Assembly (NCBI GenBank): GCA_964016885.1
Contig: OZ024752.1
Span: 38,874,001 to 38,938,000, forward strand
Direction of reading: 5' to 3'
Length of the DNA stretch: 64,000 bases
Source: Eledone cirrhosa
Taxonomy: Eukaryota
The position numbers and the translations under genes were made by a program. Of the stretch, positions 41,848 through 54,171 are shown piece after piece. The notes below the pieces were generated by a model. The model ran no database searches. It was not told the DNA's origin and worked only from the letters and a program-made list of their open reading frames with translations. Position 1 is the first letter of the stretch. Each line of letters starts with the position of its first letter.

Positions 41848-42374
41848 CACATGGCTTAGTGGTTAGAGCATTGGCCTTGCAATCAAAAGGCTGTGAGTCA
41901 GGCCGAGTGGTGTGTTGTTTCCTTGAGCAAAACACTTTATTTCACATCACTCAGCTGTAGAAATGAGATGATCATTCCACTGCAAAGTGGTTGTGGAGGT
42001 GCCACGGCAAAAAAGCACCCAGCACTCACTGTAAATGAGGTTGGTGTTAGGAAGGGCATCCAGCTGTAGAAAACAAGCCAGAATCAGTTCCCGTCCCACC
42101 CTTGCCAGCAGGGAAAACCAGACGTAAAATGATGATGATGATGATATATGTATGTATAGAAGGGGGTATTTAATTTGTTGGAAATCCTACAAATATAAAT
42201 ATAAATGTTTATAACTGATTAAATAAATGGTTGTTTTTGAATTATTTACATATTCATTTGCATATTCACCCATAAGTTTGAAAAATCCCTAATACATTTC
42301 CATTATCCAAAGAATATCCAACTGATAAGGTATGATTTTCCTGGGTATGTCTCTATTTATAAAACAAATTTTGT

Positions 42375-42435
42375 ATTTTATCTGAAGAAAGTGTACCAAA
42401 GTCTTTTGGTACCCTTGAAATATATATAATAAAAT
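42375..42435 (+). ncRNA. Minimal type-I hammerhead ribozyme motif (canonical core)
   Basis: attttat-CTGAAGA-aag t gtaccaaa gtct tttggtac c ctt-GAAA-tatata-TA-ataaaat: stem I, core, stem II, palindromic stem III, UA cleavage site. Confidence 0.8.
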
Positions 42436-42632
42436 AAATATGATTTTATAAATATAGTTTCCATTTATTTAATATCATTGTATATAAATATATATATATG
42501 TAATAAGAATATTTATATTTTTATATGTTTGATACAACTATAAATATTGAGGGTAGTACTAAGTACTAGCTGGTTACCGGTATGTATATATATATATATC
42601 CCAGTGATAAAATTTGCTCCGAACGAACTACC

Positions 42633-42723
42633 CATGTCTGAAGGAACCTGCAGCCGTAGAATCAGCCAGATCCATACAGGGACCGTGTCTCGAGCTATCT
42701 GCCGGCGAAACAATTGTAACACG
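42633..42723 (+). ncRNA. Hammerhead-like motif with apparent 50-nt insertion in the core
   Basis: catgt-CTGA-[50 nt]-GA-gct atctgcc ggc-GAAAC aatt GTA-acacg, followed by AATAAA. Confidence 0.5.
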
Positions 42724-42768
42724 CAATAAATTGAGTCCAGATGCATCACTGATTTTTCGTTTTCTTTA

Positions 42769-42812
<44 letters not shown>

Positions 42813-43181
42813 TAATATAACAGATTAAAGTTTAAGCAAAGAATCGCTAATTTAAAGTTTAAGCAAAGAATCGCCTCTTTGGATTTTAGTCTTCAATTTT
42901 ATTATTATTACTATATATATATATATATATAAATGAAAATATAGAAATTATTGTGAGCAAGAAGCCAACAGTATTTCATAATATATAAGTGACTATAACG
43001 TCAAAATGGAAAATAATTCAAACTCAATTAAAAAAAAAAATATATATATATATATAAAAATATATTACCATGCTATATTATTATAATGGATGTCAACCCA
43101 CTGTGGGTCAATATATACATATGTTTCTATAGGTCTCTTGTGTTGAAAAGGAGGTCAAGTATGTTAAAAATCACTGAATAA

Positions 43182-43230
43182 TTGCTCCGAAGACTCCAAA
43201 CCTCGGTTTGGAAGAAACAATTGTAAGCAA
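43182..43230 (+). ncRNA. Minimal type-I hammerhead motif with CCGAAGA (U4C) core
   Basis: ttgct-CCGAAGA-c tccaaacc tc ggtttgga a-GAAAC aatt GTA-agcaa, followed by AATAAA. Confidence 0.68.
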
Positions 43231-43639
43231 ATAAATGATTTAAACAGAACTTTGTTTCATGTAATCTCTATATATAAAAATATATATATAGATATATATA
43301 TAAAAATAGATATATATATAAAAAAAAATATATATATATATATATTAAAAAAAAAAAAAATATATATATATGAGAGAAAGAGAAAGAGAATGTGTGTGTG
43401 TGATGCAAAACTGAAAACAGTTAAAATCAATGCATAAGTTAGGAAGGAACATTTAAAGCCCACAGCTCCCCCCCCCCCCCCCCCCCCAGGTGCCTAGAGT
43501 AGAAATAATTATTATGAATGAGGCAAATATGTAAACATTTTATGAAAGGTAAACCAGTTGAGAAAAAAAAAAAACTTAAAAAACCTGTATAGTTTCCCAT
43601 AATATACAAAACCTTTTCACATACTTTATATCATTATAA

Positions 43640-44556
43640 GTGTATGTATTTGTGTTGTGTGTGTTGTGCATATGTGTGTGTGTGCATATTTGTCTGTTGC
43701 GTATTGTGTATGTATGTGAATGTGTGCATTTGTGTGTGTGTGTGTGTGTGCGTGCGATGTGTGTATGTATGTGTGTGTGTGTGTGTATATTTATGTGTGT
43801 GCATATTTGTCTGTTGTGTATTGTGTATGTATGTGTGTGTGTGTGTATTTATATGTGTGTGCATATTTGTCTGTTGTGTATTGTGTATGTATGTGAATGT
43901 GTGCATTTGTGTGTGTGTGTGCGTGCGATGTGTGTATGTATGTGTGTGTGTATATATTTATATGTGTGTGCATATTTGTCTGTTGTGTATTGTGTATGTA
44001 TGTATGTGTGTGTGTGTGTATTTATATGTGTGTGCATATTTGTCTGTTGTGTATTGTGTATGTATGTGAATGTGTGCATTTGTGTGTGTGTGTGTGCGAT
44101 GTGTGTATGTATGTGTGTGTGTGTGTGTGTATATTTATATGTGTGCATATTTGTCTGTTGTGTATTGTGTATGTATGTGAATGTGTGCATTTGTGTGTGT
44201 GTGTGTGCGTGCGATGTGTGTATGTATATGTGTGTGTGTATATGTATATGTGTGTGCATATTTGTCTGTTGTGTATTGTGTATGTATGTGAATGTGTGCA
44301 TTTGTGTGTGTGTGCGTGCGATGTGTGTATGTATATGTGTGTGTGTGTGTATTTATATGTGTGCATATTTGTCTGTTGTGTATTGTGAATGTGTGCATTT
44401 GTGTGTATGTGTGTGTGTGCGCATGCGATGTGTATGTGTGTATTTATGTGTGTGCATATGTCTGTTGCTTGTTGTGCATGTGTGCATTTGTGTGTGTGTA
44501 TGTATGTGTGTGTGTGTGTGTGTAAATGTGGTGTGTTGTGTGTGTTTATGTGCATA
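43640..44556. repeat. TG-rich complex satellite
   Basis: Recurring gtgcatatttgtctgttgtgtattgtg sub-unit every 60-120 bp. Confidence 0.93.
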
Positions 44557-44632
44557 TGTAAAGGAATCTAAAATATATGATAGGCGTTGTATATACATAT
44601 GCAATTTAAACAGGAATTTACAAATGAATATA

Positions 44633-44973
44633 TGAGGGTTGGTTCAAAGGTTCATTGGCTGACTATGAAGGATTGATGTTAGAGCTGTGAAATCTTGCAT
44701 GCATTAATTTCAACTCTTCTTATTAATAACTGCATTGTTTCTTTCCAGGGATTATGTTGAAAAATAAACCTCATTTGGTCATTCCATGAGAGTATCTTGG
44801 TCAGCCTATGAAGGAGTGATGCTAGAGCTGTGAAATCTTGCATGCATTAATTTCAACTCTTCTTATTAATAACTCCGTTGTTTCTTTCCTGGGACTACGT
44901 TGAAAGATAAACCTCATTTGGTCATTCCATGAGAGTATCTTGGTCAGCCTTGGAACTTTTCAGCCAACCCTCA
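44633..44973. mobile_element. Mariner-like MITE with two internal units
   Basis: TA|tgagggttggttcaaa ... tttcagccaaccctca|TA; same body as the monomer at 52549-52745. Confidence 0.85.
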
Positions 44974-46407
44974 TATATTGGCATCAATAGCAATTCAGCT
45001 ATTTCCCTACTTTTCTCTTTTATGATGCTTTAATGCTTATCTATGTTATTTATTCATTTAGAAAGAGGGCGGCTTGTTTAATAGCATTGTTCTTCCAATA
45101 CCTCCTACAGAATTCATTTTCACAGTATCAGGTTTTATTGACAGTAATGGAATGACAGGTTTAGAAGTAGCAAATTAAAAAGTCAGTAACTTATAATGTA
45201 TATTGTATATATGAACTGTTCATTACCATATCTCTAATGAAAGACACTGTTGAGGGTTTTCAAATAATTTTGTCAAAATAATCAAGAATTTGGAGATTTA
45301 TATATATACAACTGACATTGTCAGTATTAACAAAGGTCTTACATTATATTAACAAAGGTCTTACATTATATTAACAAAGGTCTTACATTATATGAACTGT
45401 TCATTACCATATCTCTAATGAAAGACACACTGTTGAGGGTCTTTAAATAATTTTGTGAAAATAATCAAGAATTTGGAGAGATTTAAATATATAACTGATA
45501 TTCTCAGTATTAACCCTTTAGCATCTACATTACTCTATATATACTATTGTATTTTTGTGATAAAGACTCTATCTTACATAATTATCTCACATAATATCGA
45601 ATCTATGAGATTTTGATAGTATTTATTTTGAGAACAATACCTTAACATCAGTATGAGTGGCCAGTTATGAACGGTTTGAACAGAAAGAGGTAAGAGAATT
45701 CTGGCCAGATCTGGTCGATTTAAATGCTGAAAGGGTTAACAAAGGTCTTCCATAAAATTATGATGGAAGAGCGTTAAATTTAAATGCTTTAGAATAAAGT
45801 TTTTTCTCACAGAAACAGAGGTGGTTTTAGACAGTTTGGTATTGAAAAGGTTAAAAAAAAGCAGTAACAGAACATTATCTCAATGTAATCGACATGAAAT
45901 ATATTTTCTGAGGTATCACAGAGAGTTATAATGCTTCATCATTCATTTTCATCATTTCATTTTACGTCCGCTTTTTCCCTGCTTGCAAGGGCGGGACGGG
46001 AACTGATTCTGGCTTGATTTCTACAGCTGGATGCCCTTCCTAACACCAACCTCATTTACAGTGAGTGCTGGGTGCTTTTTTGCCGCGGCACCTCCATAAC
46101 CACTTTGCAGTGGAATGATAGGGATCCCAGTCCCTATCATCTCACTTCTACAGCTGAGTAAACTTGAGCAATGTGAAATAAAGTGTCTTGCTCAAGGAAA
46201 CAACGCATCACCCGGTCTGAGAATTGAACTCACAACCTTTCGATTGCAAGACCAATGCTCTAACCACTAAGCCTTGTGCCTATTGTTACAAAGTGTCTAA
46301 TGTGGAATTGTGACTGGGTTGCTAACTAAGAAAAGATTCCCCCTTTTTTTTTCTTCTGATAAAGAGATGAGTTGAAAATAATTTATCAAATACAATTATC
46401 CAGCTCG

Positions 46408-49400
46408 TCTCCCTCGCCATCTTCTGGGTCAATGTCTTCTCCATCCTGATGGCCAGCCAGGACTACAAGGTGGAGTGTCTGTTCCACCATGTCTCCCTCG
46501 CCATTCTCTGGAGTAATGTCTTCTCCATCCTGATGGCCAGCCAGGACTACAAGGTGGAGTGTCTGTTCCTCCATGTCTCCCTCACCATTCTTTGGAGTAA
46601 TGTCTTCTCCATCCTGATGGCCAGCCAGGACTACAAGGTGGAGTGTCTGTTCCTCCATGTCTCCCTCACCATTCTCTGGAGTAATGTCTTCTCCATCCTG
46701 ATGGCCAGCCAGGACTACAAGGTGGAGTGTCTGTTCCTCCATGTCTCCCTCACCATTCTCTGGAGTAATGTCTTCTCCATCCTGATGGCCAGCCAGGACT
46801 ACAAGGTGGAGTGTCTGTTCCTGCATGTCTCCTTCACCATTCTCTGGAGTAATGTCTTCTCCATCCTGATGGCCAGCCAGGACTACAAGGTGGAGTGTCT
46901 GTTCCTCCATGTCTCCCTCGCCATTCTCTGGAGTAATGTCTTCTCCATCCTGATGGCCAGCCAGGACTACAAGGTGGAGTGTCTGTTCCTGCATGTCTCC
47001 TTCACCATTCTCTGGAGTAATGTCTTCTCCATCCTGATGGCCAGCCAGGACTACAAGGTGGAGTGTCTGTTCCTCCATGTCTCCCTCACCATCCTCTGGA
47101 GTAATGTCTTCTCCATCCTGATGGCCAGCCAGGACTACAAGGTGGAGTGTCTGTTCCTCCATGTCTCCCTCACCATCCTCTGGAGTAATGTCTTCTCCAT
47201 CCTGATGGCCAGCCAGGACTACAAGGTGGAGTGTCTGTTCCTCCATGTCTCCATCACCATCCTCTGGAGTAATGTCTTCTCCATCCTGATGGCCAGCCAG
47301 GACTACAAGGTGGAGTGTCTGTTCCTCCATGTCTCCCTCACCATTCTCTGGAGTAATGTCTTCTCCATCCTGAATGCCAGCCAGGACTACAAAGTGGAGT
47401 GTCTGTTCCTCCATGTCTCCCTCGCCATTCTCTGGAGTAATGTCTTCTCCATCCTGACGGCCAGCCAGGACTACAAGGTGGAGTGTCTGTTCCTCCATGT
47501 CTCCCTCGCCATTCTCTGGAGTAATGTCTTCTCCATCCTGATGGCCAGCCAGGACTACAAGGTGGAGTGTCTGTTCCTCCATGTCTCCCTCACCATTCTC
47601 TGGAGTAATGTCTTCTCCATCCTGAATGCCAGCCAGGACTACAAAGTGGAGTGTCTGTTCCTCCATGTCTCCCTCGCCATTCTCTGGGTCAATGTCTTCT
47701 CCATCCTGATGGCCAGCCAGGACTGCAAGGTGGAGTGTCTGTTCCTCCATGTCTCCCTCACCATTCTCTGGAGTAATGTCTTCTCCATCCTGATGGCCAG
47801 CCAGGACTACAAGGTGGAGTGTCTGTTCCTCCATGTCTCCTTCACCATTCTCTGGAGTAATGTCTTCTCCATCCTGATGGCCAGCCAGGACTACAAGGTG
47901 GAGTGTCTGTTCCTCCATGTCTCCCTCACCATCCTCTGGAGTAATGTCTTCTCCATCCTGATGGCCAGCCAGGACTACAAGGTGGAGTGTCTGTTCCTCC
48001 ATGTCTCCTTCACCATTCTCTGGAGTAATGTCTTCTCCATCCTGATGGCCAGCCAGGACTACAAGGTGGAGTGTCTGTTCCTCCATGTCTCCCTCACCAT
48101 TCTCTGGAGTAATGTCTTCTCCATCCTGATGGCCAGCCAGGACTACAAGGTGGAGTGTCTGTTCCTCCATGTCTCCCTCATCATTCTCTGGGTCAAAGTC
48201 TTCTCCATCCTGATGGCCAGCCAGGACTACAAGGTGGAGTGTCTGTTCCTCCATGTCTCCCTCTCCATTCTCTGGAGTAATGTCTTCTCCATCCTGATGG
48301 CGAGCCAGGACTACAAGGTGGAGTGTCTGTTCCTCCATGTCTCCCTCACCATTCTCTGGAGTAATGTCTTCTCCATCCTGATGGCCAGCCAGGACTACAA
48401 GGTGGAGTGTCTGTTCCTCCATGTCTCCCTCACCATTCTCTGGAGTAATGTCTTCTCCATCCTGATGGCCAGCCAGGACTACAAGGTGGAGTGTCTGTTC
48501 CTCCATGTCTCCCTCATCATTCTCTGGGTCAAAGTCTTCTCCATCCTGATGGCCAGCCAGGACTACAAGGTGGAGTGTCTGTTCCTCCATGTCTCCCTCA
48601 CCATTCTCTGGAGTAATGTCTTCTCCATCCTGATGGCCAGCCAGGACTACAAGGTGGAGTGTCTGTTCCTCCATGTCTCCCTCGCCATTCTCTGGGTCAA
48701 TGTCTTCTCCATCCTGACGGCCAGCCAGGACTACAAGGTGGAGTGTCTGTTCCTGCATGTCTCCCTCACCATTCTCTGGGTCAAAGTCTTCTCCATCCTG
48801 ATGGCCAGCCAGGACTACAAGGTGGAGTGTCTGTTCTTCCATGTCTCCCTCATCATTCTCTGGAGTAATGTCTTCTCCATCCTGATGGCCAGCCAGGACT
48901 ACAAGGTGGAGTGTCTGTTCCTCCATGTCTCCCTCACCATTTTCTGGAGTAATGTCTTCTCCATCCTGATGGCGAGCCAGGACTACAAGGTGGAGTGTCT
49001 GTTCCTCCATGTCTCCCTCACCATTTTCTGGAGTAATGTCTTCTCCATCCTGATGGCGAGCCAGGACTACAAGGTGGAGTGTCTGTTCCTCCATGTCTCC
49101 CTCACCATTCTCTGGGTCAATGTCTTCTCCATCCTGATGGCCAGCCAGGACTACAAGGTGGAGTGTCTGTTCCTCCATGTCTCCCTCACCATTCTCTGGG
49201 TCAATGTCTTCTCCATCCTGATGGCCAGCCAGGACTACAAGGTGGAGTGTCTGTTCCTCCATGTCTCCCTCACCATTCTCTGGGTCAATGTCTTCTCCAT
49301 CCTGATGGCCAGCCAGGACTACAAGGTGGAGTGTCTGTTCCTCCATGTCTCCCTCACCATTCTCTGGAGTAATGTCTTCTCCATCCTGATGGCCAGCCAG

Positions 49401-50479
49401 GACTACAAGGTGGAGTGTCTGTTCCTCCATGTCTCCCTCACCATTCTCTGGAGTAATGTCTTCTCCATCCTGATGGCCAGCCAGGACTACAAGGTGGAGT
49501 GTCTGTTCCTCCATGTCTCCCTCACCATTCTCTGGAGTAATGTCTTCTCCATCCTGATGGCCAGCCAGGACTACAAGGTGGAGTGTCTGTTCCTCCATGT
49601 CTCCCTCACCATTCTCTGGAGAAATGTCTTCTCCATCCTGATGGCCAGCCAGGACTACAAGGTGGAGTGTCTGTTCCTCCATGTCTCCCTCACCATTCTC
49701 TGGAGTAATGTCTTCTCCAACCTGATGGCCAGCCAGGACTACAAGGTGGAGTGTCTGTTCCTCCATGTCTCCCTCACCATTCTCTGGAGAAATGTCTTCT
49801 CCATCCTGATGGCCAGCCAGGACTACAAGGTGGAGTGTCTGTTCCTCCATGTCTCCCTCACCATTCTCTGGAGAAATGTCTTCTCCATCCTGATGGCCAG
49901 CCAGGACTACAAGGTGGAGTGTCTGTTCCTGCATGTCTCCCTCACCATTCTCTGGAGTAATGTCTTCTCCATCCTGATGGCCAGCCAGGACTACAAGGTG
50001 GAGTGTCTGTTCCTCCATGTCTCCTTCACCATTCTCTGGAGTAATGTCTTCTCCATCCTGATGGCCAGCCAGGACTACAAGGTGGAGTGTCTGTTCCTCC
50101 ATGTCTCCCTCACCATTCTCTGGAGTAATGTCTTCTCCATCCTGATGGCCAGCCAGGACTACAAGGTGGAGTGTCTGTTCCTCCATGTCTCCCTCGCCAT
50201 TCTCTGGAGTAATGTCTTCTCCATCCTGATGGCCAGCCAGGACTACAAGGTGGAGTGTCTGTTCCTCCATGTCTCCCTCACCATCCTCTGGAGTAATGTC
50301 TTCTCCATCCTGATGGCCAGCCAGGACTACAAGGTGGAGTGTCTGTTCCTCCATGTCTCCTTCACCATTCTCTGGAGTAATGTCTTCTCCATCTTGATGG
50401 CCAGCCAGGACTACAAGGTGGAGTGTCTGTTCCTGCATGTCTCCCTCGCCATTCTCTGGGTCAAAGTCTTCTCCATCTT
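46408..50479. repeat. 84-bp minisatellite, about 48 units, open frame on both strands
   Basis: Unit gtctccctcaccattctctggagtaatgtcttctccatcctgatggccagccaggactacaaggtggagtgtctgttcctccat. Confidence 0.97.
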
Positions 50480-50494
50480 GTCTGCTGAGACGAG

Positions 50495-50755
50495 TTTCCA
50501 AGGCATTAAGTGACTTAGAGTATGAGACTCCTCCCTGGACTAGTCCATCGCCAGATTAAACCTCCATCTATTGCTGGTACTCGTTTTCAGCCGAGTATAT
50601 TGGAGCACTAGGCCACACACCTCCACTGAGTATACTGGAGCAACATGAAATGAAGTGTTTTGCTCAAGGACACAACACACAACCCAGGAATCGAACCCAT
50701 GACATTATGATTGTTAGACCAACGGCCTTACCACTAGGCCACATGTCTCCACTAC
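50495..50755 (-). mobile_element. tRNA-derived SINE (family D; partial relative about 34215-34335)
   Basis: Minus strand tggcctagtggtaagg A box, ggttcgattcc B box, tccttgagcaaaacacttcatttc, gcgatggactag; abuts the 84-bp array. Confidence 0.75.
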
Positions 50756-51626
50756 TGTTATACAGTTCTAGTGTAATTGAGATAGCAATTCATTGGCATT
50801 TTTCTTTTGTTTTATCAGCTACTTAATCATTCTAAACATCTTCATTACAAACAGCTCCACAGATAACTATGTACTCATACAACTCACAAACATAGTATTT
50901 AAGATAAATCTAATGTCGGTATAACTATCATACAATTTTAGGTTATTAGCTTCTCTGGGAAAACATAAAACAAATGTAAGTATATTTTTTAAAAAATTTT
51001 CTTGAATATGTTTCACGGCTTCAAAATACCTATGACGGTTGGCTGACCAAGATACTCTCATGGAATGACCAAATGAGGTTTATTTTTTCAACATAGTCCC
51101 TGGAAAGAAACAATGCAGTTACTATATGAGGGTCAGCTGAAAAGTTCATAGGCTGACCAAGATACTCTGATGGAATGATCAAATGAGGTTTATTTTTCAA
51201 CACAATATAGTCCCTGGAAAGAAACAATGCAGTTATTAATAAGAAGAGTTGAAATTCATGCATGGAAGATTTCACATCACTAGCATCACTCCTTCATAGG
51301 CTGACCAAGATACTCTCATGGAATGACCAAATGAGGTTTATTTTTCAACACAGTCCTTGGAAAGAAACAATGTAGTTATTGATAAGAAGAGTTGAAATTC
51401 ATGCATGAAAGATTTCACAGCTCTAGCATCACTCCTTGTGATGGAATAGCCTCTACAGGACTAGAACTGTTTCATTAAAAAAAAAAATCATCGATCCTGA
51501 TGATTCCTTTTGAATGAAATTGTTCTAGTCCTGTAGAAGCCATTTCTATATTCAACTTGATGTTTACACTCTACTAATGTATTGAATACCTTACGTGAAC
51601 CTGGGACTCACACACACATATATATA

Positions 51627-51778
51627 CAGTGAAATTCCATTATAACAAAATTCACAGTGTATAAAAGAAAATTTGTAGTAACGAAAAATTCTTTATAACG
51701 AGATTGACCTAACACAACGAGCGTGTGGCCGGGCATAATTTTGTTATAGTGGTATTCGTTATAACGTAATTTTACCTG
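51627..51778. mobile_element. pogo/Tigger-like MITE
   Basis: TA|cagtgaaattccattataacaaa ... ttcgttataacgtaattttacctg|TA. Confidence 0.7.
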
Positions 51779-52548
51779 TATATATATATAATTTTGACTG
51801 AATAACTGCACACTAAAGATCTACAGGGCCTAGATGAGAGACTAACAGACTTCAATTGAATCTAAAATAAATTACTACCTTGAAAAAAAAGATGGGGATA
51901 AATACAAAGGAAACTTGGGTTGTAGAAAACATAAAAATGAGTGGTAAAGTTTTCAACAGTTTCACAAAAGAAATAGCCTGAGGGAACTACAAAATGGGGT
52001 CATTGCTTAAAGGAAAGTTAGTGAAATACTTTTATAAGTATAGTGTAGACGAAGATTGTTGGCATTATGTGAAATAATAAGTTCATATCAATTCTGTTAG
52101 TGGTCGATAGTATAAAAATACACACAGATGTACACCAGGTCTGAACACAGAGGAGCCAAACTCCCACTGTTATTGCCTCCGTCTCTCTCGTCCTCCCTAT
52201 CTCTCACTATTATGAGCAAATGGAGTCTCATACGCTGACCGCCCCATGGCCCCGGTGGACAGAATAGAGAAGACATTTCCCAGGAGGATGGTGAGGGAGA
52301 TGCCGTGGAAGAGCCATTCCAGCTCACATCTGCAGCTAGCCAGCTCACATCTGCAGCTAGCCAGCTCAGCACCTATGGTGGTGAGTAGGGAGGTGGATCT
52401 AGGGCCAAGGACACCAGGAGTCTCCACTGTGAAATACTTTATGGACAATTTAATAGTATGTTCATCACACTATTAGTATATAAACAAATAGTTGAGCCAA
52501 CAGAATCTTTAAACACCACAGCCTACATGGAAAAGCTACAACCCTAGG

Positions 52549-52745
52549 AAGGTTGGCTGAAAAGTTCATAGGATGACCAAGATACTCTCATAGAATGACC
52601 AAATGAGGTTTATTTTTTCAACATAGTCCCTGGAAAGAAACAATGCAGTTATCAATAAGAAGAGTTGAAATTAATGCATGCAAGATTTCACAGCTGTAGC
52701 ATCACTCCTTCATAGACTGACTATGAATTCTTCAGCCAACCCTCG
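52549..52745. mobile_element. Mariner-like MITE monomer; fragments or multimers also about 3720, 14110, 35170-35803, 36308, 51031-51437, 60770
   Basis: ggttggctgaaaagttcatag ... ctatgaattcttcagccaacc TIRs. Confidence 0.85.
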
Positions 52746-53082
52746 TAAATTACACAAACACAGAAGAAATGGATATAATAGCTGCCAAAGAGAAAATGAA
52801 AATACAAAATCAGTAGCAGGCCATGGTGACTTCTAAATTCTACCAAAAACAAAAAAAAAGCCAAACCATTTCAGCAATTTAACCCTTTAGCATTCACATT
52901 ACTCTATATTTACTATTGTATTTTCATGGTAAACACTTTATCTCACATAATATTGAATTTATGAGATTTTGATATTATTTATTTTGAGAACAATACCTTA
53001 ACATAAGTAATATGTTATGGTTATGGCCAGTTTGAACAGAAAGAGGTGAGAGAATTCTGGCCGGATATGGCCAGTTTAAAGA

Positions 53083-53435
53083 GAAATTTCAGCAAAGTGG
53101 TAGAATCCTTTCAAATCATGAAAGAGAATATATGTCCTACCCATAAAGGAAGAGGCAGATCAAATGTAAACAATTCTACAGACTTATAGCTCTGATTTTA
53201 CTTATCAGTAAGGTCACAGAATGGCTTTTCAATGAGAAACTGATAACATTCTTCAAGATTCAAGAAAGCTAACTTGCTAAGTGATATCCAAATTGGTTTC
53301 AGTGCGTGCAGAAGCTGTTGCACACGGATGCTGCAGCAGTACAGCTAGAGGCTAAAGTATTTTACTAAACCAGTCAAATGTAGATGTAGTATACCTGGAC
53401 CTTGTAATGGCTTTCAACAAGTTGGACCATGTTGA
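53083..53435 (+). pseudogene. Old CR1/L2-type LINE reverse-transcriptase fragment
   Basis: YRLIALILLISKVTE ... LLSDIQIGFSACRSC ... VDVVYLDLVMAFNKLDH correspond to RT motifs YRPISL..K, QxGF..RS and YLDFxKAFDxVxH. Confidence 0.75.
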
Positions 53436-53732
53436 GTTTCAATGAGAGAATTTAAAGATTGTTGGAATTTTACATTTATTTTATCGTAATAAATTGATTG
53501 AATTTTATTCTTAACTCATTAGCATTTAAACCAACCATATCCGGCCAGAATTCTCTTACTCCTTTCTATTCAAACTGGCCACTCATACTCATGTTAAGGT
53601 ATTATTCTCAAAATCTCATAGATTTGATATTATGTCAGGTAAAGCAGATTGATTTAATCGACTTTCCTCTCCCCCAAAATTGCTGGCCTTGTGCCCAAAG
53701 TAGAAACAATTATTATTTTTATACCCCACGTG

Positions 53733-53765
<33 letters not shown>

Positions 53766-53899
53766 GCAGAAGTTATATTTAATTTGTTGGGATTCAACAA
53801 GCTTAAAAGTTTTATAACTGATATAAAGCACTCAACAGTTTACTGGAGTAAATATTCAATATATTAATAAATGGAAACTATATTTATAAAACCATAATT

Positions 53900-53962
53900 A
53901 TTTTATTATATATATTTCAAGGGCAACCAAGGCAATTTTGGTGCACTTTCATCAGATAAAAT
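53900..53962 (-). ncRNA. Minimal type-I hammerhead motif (left arm of palindrome)
   Basis: Minus strand attttat-CTGATGA-aagtgcaccaaaattgccttggttgccctt-GAAA-tatata-TA-ataaaat. Confidence 0.78.
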
Positions 53963-54106
53963 ACAAAATATGTTTTATAAATGTTGACATACCCGTAGAA
54001 AAACAACCTTGACAGCAGCTGAAGGTTTGCTGGATAGTCCAGCAAACCTTCAACCGTCAAGGTTGTTTTTCTACGGGTATGTCAACATTTATAAAACATA
54101 TTTTGT

Positions 54107-54171
54107 ATTTTATCTGATGAAAGTGCACCAAAATTGCCTTGGTTGCCCTTGAAATATATATATAATAAAAT
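54107..54171 (+). ncRNA. Minimal type-I hammerhead motif (right arm of palindrome)
   Basis: attttat-CTGATGA-aag t gc accaa aattgcc ttggt t gc c ctt-GAAA-tatatata-TA-ataaaat. Confidence 0.78.

Noticed and set aside
46386-50513. Polyubiquitin-like reading of TLHLV in the 84-bp array
   Set aside because: The unit is 28 aa, not 76, with no LRLRGG or other ubiquitin motifs; a chance pentapeptide.
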